A DNA stretch of 64,000 nucleotides. Source: Spirochaetaceae bacterium (GTDB taxonomy: Bacteria; Spirochaetota; Spirochaetia; DSM-2461). Made by a program: the position numbers and the translations under genes. Location of the stretch: the NCBI GenBank assembly GCA_965224705.1, contig OZ245056.1:256001-320000 (forward strand). Reading direction: 5' to 3'. Under the pieces are notes generated by a model that saw only the letters and a program-made list of their open reading frames with translations, was not told the origin of the DNA and did no database searches. This document shows, piece by piece, positions 60,218 to 64,000 of this stretch (positions are counted from its first letter, which is position 1; every line of letters starts with the position of its first letter).

Positions 60218-61204
60218 ATGAAAAAAGTTTTATCAGTACTCATTGTACTCAGCCTTGCGGCAAGTTTTGGTTTCGCTGGTGGCGGCGAAGATAAGGGAGG
60301 AGAATTACAGCATGTAACCATCGGAACAGGGGGTGTTACCGGGGTTTACTACCCCACGGGCAATGCCATCGCCAAGATGCTCAATAAGAAAAGCGATGAG
60401 TATGGTTTGAGAGTAACAGCCGAATCCACAGGCGGTTCGGTGTACAATGTCAACGCTATTATGTCCGGCGATCTTGAATTTGGTATTGTTCAATCAGACA
60501 GACAATATCAGGCCTACAACGGAACAGCGGACTGGGATGGAACGCCGCAGAAGAAGCTTCGGGCGATCTTTTCAATTCACCCTGAATCCATATCCCTTCT
60601 GGCGACTGATGAATCAGGCATCTACAGCCTGAATGATCTAAGAGGCAAGGCCGTTAATATCGGCAATCCCGGCTCCGGTCAGAGAGGTAACGCCACTGAT
60701 ATTTTAGAGGCTGCCGGTATAAATCCAGACACCGATATGCAGGCTGAAGGGGCCAAGGCTGCTGAAGCTGCCGGAATGCTCCAGGATGGACGCATTGATG
60801 CTTACTTCTATACCGTGGGTCATCCCAGCGGTTCCTTCAAGGAAGCAACAGCCGGTGCCAAAAAAGTACACTTTGTTCCCATCGATGGTGCTCCGGTTGA
60901 TCAGTTGGTGAGTCAGTACTCCTACTATGCCAAATCCATCATTCCTGTTATGGACAACTATCCCAATGCGACCAATGATGGTGATGTACCGACTTTTGGC
61001 GTAAAAGCAACATTCTGTACTTCTTCTGATATCAGCGAAGATGTGGTTTATGCTATTGTCAAAGAGGTTTTCGACAATCTTGACGAATTCAAAACACTCC
61101 ATCCAGCCTATGCCATTATTACCGCTGAGGATATGCTGCAGGGTTTGTCTGCCCCATTGCATCCTGGTGCTGAAAAGTATTTCAAGGAAGCTGGTCTACT
61201 TTAA
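60218..61204 (+). CDS. TAXI-family TRAP transporter solute receptor
   Basis: IGTGGVTGVYYP, STGGSVYN, VQSD, GNPGSG, PLHPGAEKYF; GGAGG RBS. Confidence 0.93.
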   Translation: MKKVLSVLIVLSLAASFGFAGGGEDKGGELQHVTIGTGGVTGVYYPTGNAIAKMLNKKSDEYGLRVTAESTGGSVYNVNAIMSGDLEFGIVQSDRQYQAYNGTADWDGTPQKKLRAIFSIHPESISLLATDESGIYSLNDLRGKAVNIGNPGSGQRGNATDILEAAGINPDTDMQAEGAKAAEAAGMLQDGRIDAYFYTVGHPSGSFKEATAGAKKVHFVPIDGAPVDQLVSQYSYYAKSIIPVMDNYPNATNDGDVPTFGVKATFCTSSDISEDVVYAIVKEVFDNLDEFKTLHPAYAIITAEDMLQGLSAPLHPGAEKYFKEAGLL

Positions 61205-61387
61205 AACGGAATTCTTTTTGTACTGCTGACTTCAAAGATTACATCTTTGAAGCAGCAGCATAACTATCACTTCGAAGTGTCCGGGGTTTGTCCAGGGATG
61301 GAGTCAGCAGAGTTCATCGTTCTCTGATGTACATGGCAGAAATCTTTCCAGACATAGCCCCGGCTTAACCCATGTTGAGAAAGACTT

Positions 61388-63553
61388 ATGAATGATTTAC
61401 AACTGGATCCCCCCGATATTGACTCCGCCGATCTGGCCAAGGCACAGCGTATTGCTGATGAAGCAGAAGGAGGTGCACGGCACCTTAATCAAGGGGCAGG
61501 GAAATGGATTGTTCCTGCAATTGCCGGGTTATGGTCTGTTTTTCAACTCCTATTGCCCAGTGTCCTGATCATAGAAAGTACGATTGTACGGTCCATCCAT
61601 CTGACATTTGCCATTATCCTGGTTTTCCTTTCCAACCCCATGTTGAAGAAGTCCCGCAAAGGCAAACTGGCCGCATATTTGGGAGCAAAAGACCGAATAA
61701 CAATCATTGATTATACAACTGCTTTGATTGCCGGTGCGGCCGCCTTCTACCTGGCCTTTGAATTGATTATGCACCAGGTCAATCCAGCCTATGAGGGGAT
61801 TACAACCCGTCAGGGAAGACCAATCCTCCGGGATGTTGTGTTTGGTATTATACTCACCGTTCTGCTCCTTGAGGCAGCCCGGCGCTCTCTTGGACCCGCA
61901 TTGGCTGTCGTTGCATCATTGTTCATTGTCTACAGTTTTTTTGCCGCCAACATGCCTGTGGCGTTTAGTTTCAAAAGTGTTTCTCTCACAAAATTCATCA
62001 GCAAAATGACCATGTCCACGGAAGGAATTTACGGTGTACCTCTCTATGTTTCGGCCAATATTGTCTTCCTTTTCGTGCTGTTTGGTGCTTTGCTTGACAA
62101 AGCAGGTGCTGGACGTTACTTTGTTGACCTTGCTTTCAGCTTGATGGGACGATTCAAGGGTGGTCCTGCTAAAGCTGCCGTATTGGCAAGCGGTCTTACA
62201 GGAATGGTGTCCGGATCCAGCATAGCCAACACGGTTACAACGGGAACATTTACCATCCCTCTGATGAAGAAAGTCGGGTATCCTGCCTACAAATCCGGGG
62301 CTATTGAGGTGGCCGTCTCAACGAATGGCCAGCTTATGCCGCCCATCATGGGAGCCGCCGCCTTTATCATTGCGGAAACGGTTAATATACCCTATGTGGA
62401 AGTTATCAGAGCTGCTTTCATCCCTGCTATAATCAGTTACATTGCATTGTTGTACATTGTTCATCTGGAGGCATCCAAACTTGGAATTCATGGTCTAACC
62501 AAAGATGAATTGCCGTCTTTCTTTGGAACTCTGATTCGAGGTCTTCACTTTCTCATACCGCTGTTTTTCCTCATTATCGAACTTGTTGTTCTCCGGCATT
62601 CTCCTAATCTTGCTGCTTTTCGGGCAATAATAGCCCTTATGGTCATAATTCCATTGGAAAACCTGTGGAGAGCATACAGGAGTGAGGAAGGCTTGAAAGC
62701 CAGTTGGAAACAGGCAATACACAAAGGACTGAGGCAGATATGGGAGGCATTAGTAGCCGGCGGCAAAAACATGATGGGAATTGGTGTTGCCGTGGCGGCT
62801 GCAGGTATCATTGTTGGTGTTGTCACCTTTGGATTGGGCGGCATTATAACCGAAGCCATTGAGATTCTGGCAGGAGGCCGATTCTTCCTCATCCTTGTTA
62901 TTACGGCTCTGGCTTCCCTGCTGCTGGGGATGGGCCTACCCACGACAGCGACCTACATTGTTATGGCCGCTCTGACGGCACCGGTTATCGTTGAACTTGG
63001 TGCAAAAAGCGGGGTGGTATTCCCCCTCATTGCAGCCCATCTTTTTGTCTTTTTCTTTGGGATACTGGCTGATGATACACCGCCTGTAGGACTGGCCGCC
63101 TTTGCTGCTTCAGCCATTGCCAGATCCAATCCCATAAAAACCGGAGTACAGGGTTTTGGATATGACATTAGAACGGCCATATTGCCATTCATTTTCGTGT
63201 TTAATCCCGATCTGCTCCTCCATGAAGTAACAAGTCCTGTTTATGCTGTATGGGTGTTTTTGACGGCCATGCTGGCCATGTTTGCCTTTGCAGCCTTAAC
63301 TCAGGGTTATATGAGGATGCCCATAAAATGGTGGGAATATGGAGTACTGGCCGTTGTCAGTTTCGGCCTGCTTATGCCGCGATTTCTGGCAGAGAAAGTA
63401 CTCAATCCACTTCTGGCGGCCAATCACCCCCTGACTGAGGGGTACGGCAGTACTGTGCTTGTTGGAATTGTAATATTGCTGATTTACGGATTACTCTACG
63501 GACGACAGGTGTGGAGAGAGAAGAAACGGACAGAAGCGGCTGCAGCAGTCTGA
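61388..63553 (+). CDS. TRAP transporter 4TM/12TM fusion permease
   Basis: GGPAKAAV, SGSSIAN, GQLMPPIMGAAAF, LGMGLPT, DDTPPV. Confidence 0.95.
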   Translation: MNDLQLDPPDIDSADLAKAQRIADEAEGGARHLNQGAGKWIVPAIAGLWSVFQLLLPSVLIIESTIVRSIHLTFAIILVFLSNPMLKKSRKGKLAAYLGAKDRITIIDYTTALIAGAAAFYLAFELIMHQVNPAYEGITTRQGRPILRDVVFGIILTVLLLEAARRSLGPALAVVASLFIVYSFFAANMPVAFSFKSVSLTKFISKMTMSTEGIYGVPLYVSANIVFLFVLFGALLDKAGAGRYFVDLAFSLMGRFKGGPAKAAVLASGLTGMVSGSSIANTVTTGTFTIPLMKKVGYPAYKSGAIEVAVSTNGQLMPPIMGAAAFIIAETVNIPYVEVIRAAFIPAIISYIALLYIVHLEASKLGIHGLTKDELPSFFGTLIRGLHFLIPLFFLIIELVVLRHSPNLAAFRAIIALMVIIPLENLWRAYRSEEGLKASWKQAIHKGLRQIWEALVAGGKNMMGIGVAVAAAGIIVGVVTFGLGGIITEAIEILAGGRFFLILVITALASLLLGMGLPTTATYIVMAALTAPVIVELGAKSGVVFPLIAAHLFVFFFGILADDTPPVGLAAFAASAIARSNPIKTGVQGFGYDIRTAILPFIFVFNPDLLLHEVTSPVYAVWVFLTAMLAMFAFAALTQGYMRMPIKWWEYGVLAVVSFGLLMPRFLAEKVLNPLLAANHPLTEGYGSTVLVGIVILLIYGLLYGRQVWREKKRTEAAAAV

Positions 63554-63560
63554 ATTGAAA

Positions 63561-64000
63561 ATGCTTGAACCTGAAGCACTCTTCCTGGACGTCGATGGAA
63601 CCATACTGAAGTCGGACCATAGTTTGTCAGAAAGGATAGTCCATGCAATTAAAAGACTGTCCCGGAAGAAAGTTGCTGTAATCCTGGCAACGGGGCGCAG
63701 TTGGGAGGCTCTCAAGCCCATACATGATACTTTAGCACTAACAGGTTGGGCCATCTGCTATAACGGAGCCAATATTGTTGACAGTTCAAGTGGTCAATGT
63801 GTTTTCAAAAGAATAATGGCTGAAGATGTGAGTCGGCATGTCATAGAGACTGCCAATAGCCAGGGGATGGAAATACTGGCCTACCGACATGGTCAGCTTC
63901 TCTATGAGAAAATGGACAGAGGACTTGTTGATTATCATAAAAGGATTAATCTACAGGGAGAAGCTGTCAGTTTTTCTGATTACAAGGATTTATCCCTGAC
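63561..64000 (+). CDS. Cof-type HAD hydrolase, runs off the window end
   Basis: Read by eye: MLEPEALFLDVDGTIL, ILATGR, ICYNGA. Confidence 0.85.
   Translation, partial: MLEPEALFLDVDGTILKSDHSLSERIVHAIKRLSRKKVAVILATGRSWEALKPIHDTLALTGWAICYNGANIVDSSSGQCVFKRIMAEDVSRHVIETANSQGMEILAYRHGQLLYEKMDRGLVDYHKRINLQGEAVSFSDYKDLSL

Overview
The window is chromosomal DNA of a spirochaete (Spirochaetales-like). Evidence: tandem flaB flagellins with flaG and fliD, a stand-alone rpsD, an archaeal-type pyrH, thyX, and oadGAB. Most of it is housekeeping: tsaB, rmuC, lolA, rodZ-like, mfd, an xdh-family pair, queG with tRNA-Asp, a SWIM-SNF2 helicase, rplM-rpsI, lemA-TPM-TPM, cobB, HD-GYP and a TAXI-TRAP transporter. 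A ~7 kb accessory block (about 2430-9380) carries an orphan nitrate-reductase-type molybdoenzyme, a decayed IS3 element, a duplicated 5' end of that gene, and a PocR-like kinase/receiver/membrane-protein module. Non-obvious signals: (1) a dispersed 161-bp MITE family with six full or partial copies and a 4-bp CTRR-like target, whose one full copy lies in frame inside the signal region of lemA; (2) an apparent fatty-acid hydroxylase/steroid 5-alpha-reductase/Omp85 operon; (3) candidate structured RNAs between the flaB genes and ahead of rpsD; (4) several gene relics (typA fragment, Dabb frameshift, one-lobed sugar-binding protein). All assignments come from recognising motifs by eye; no database searches were run.
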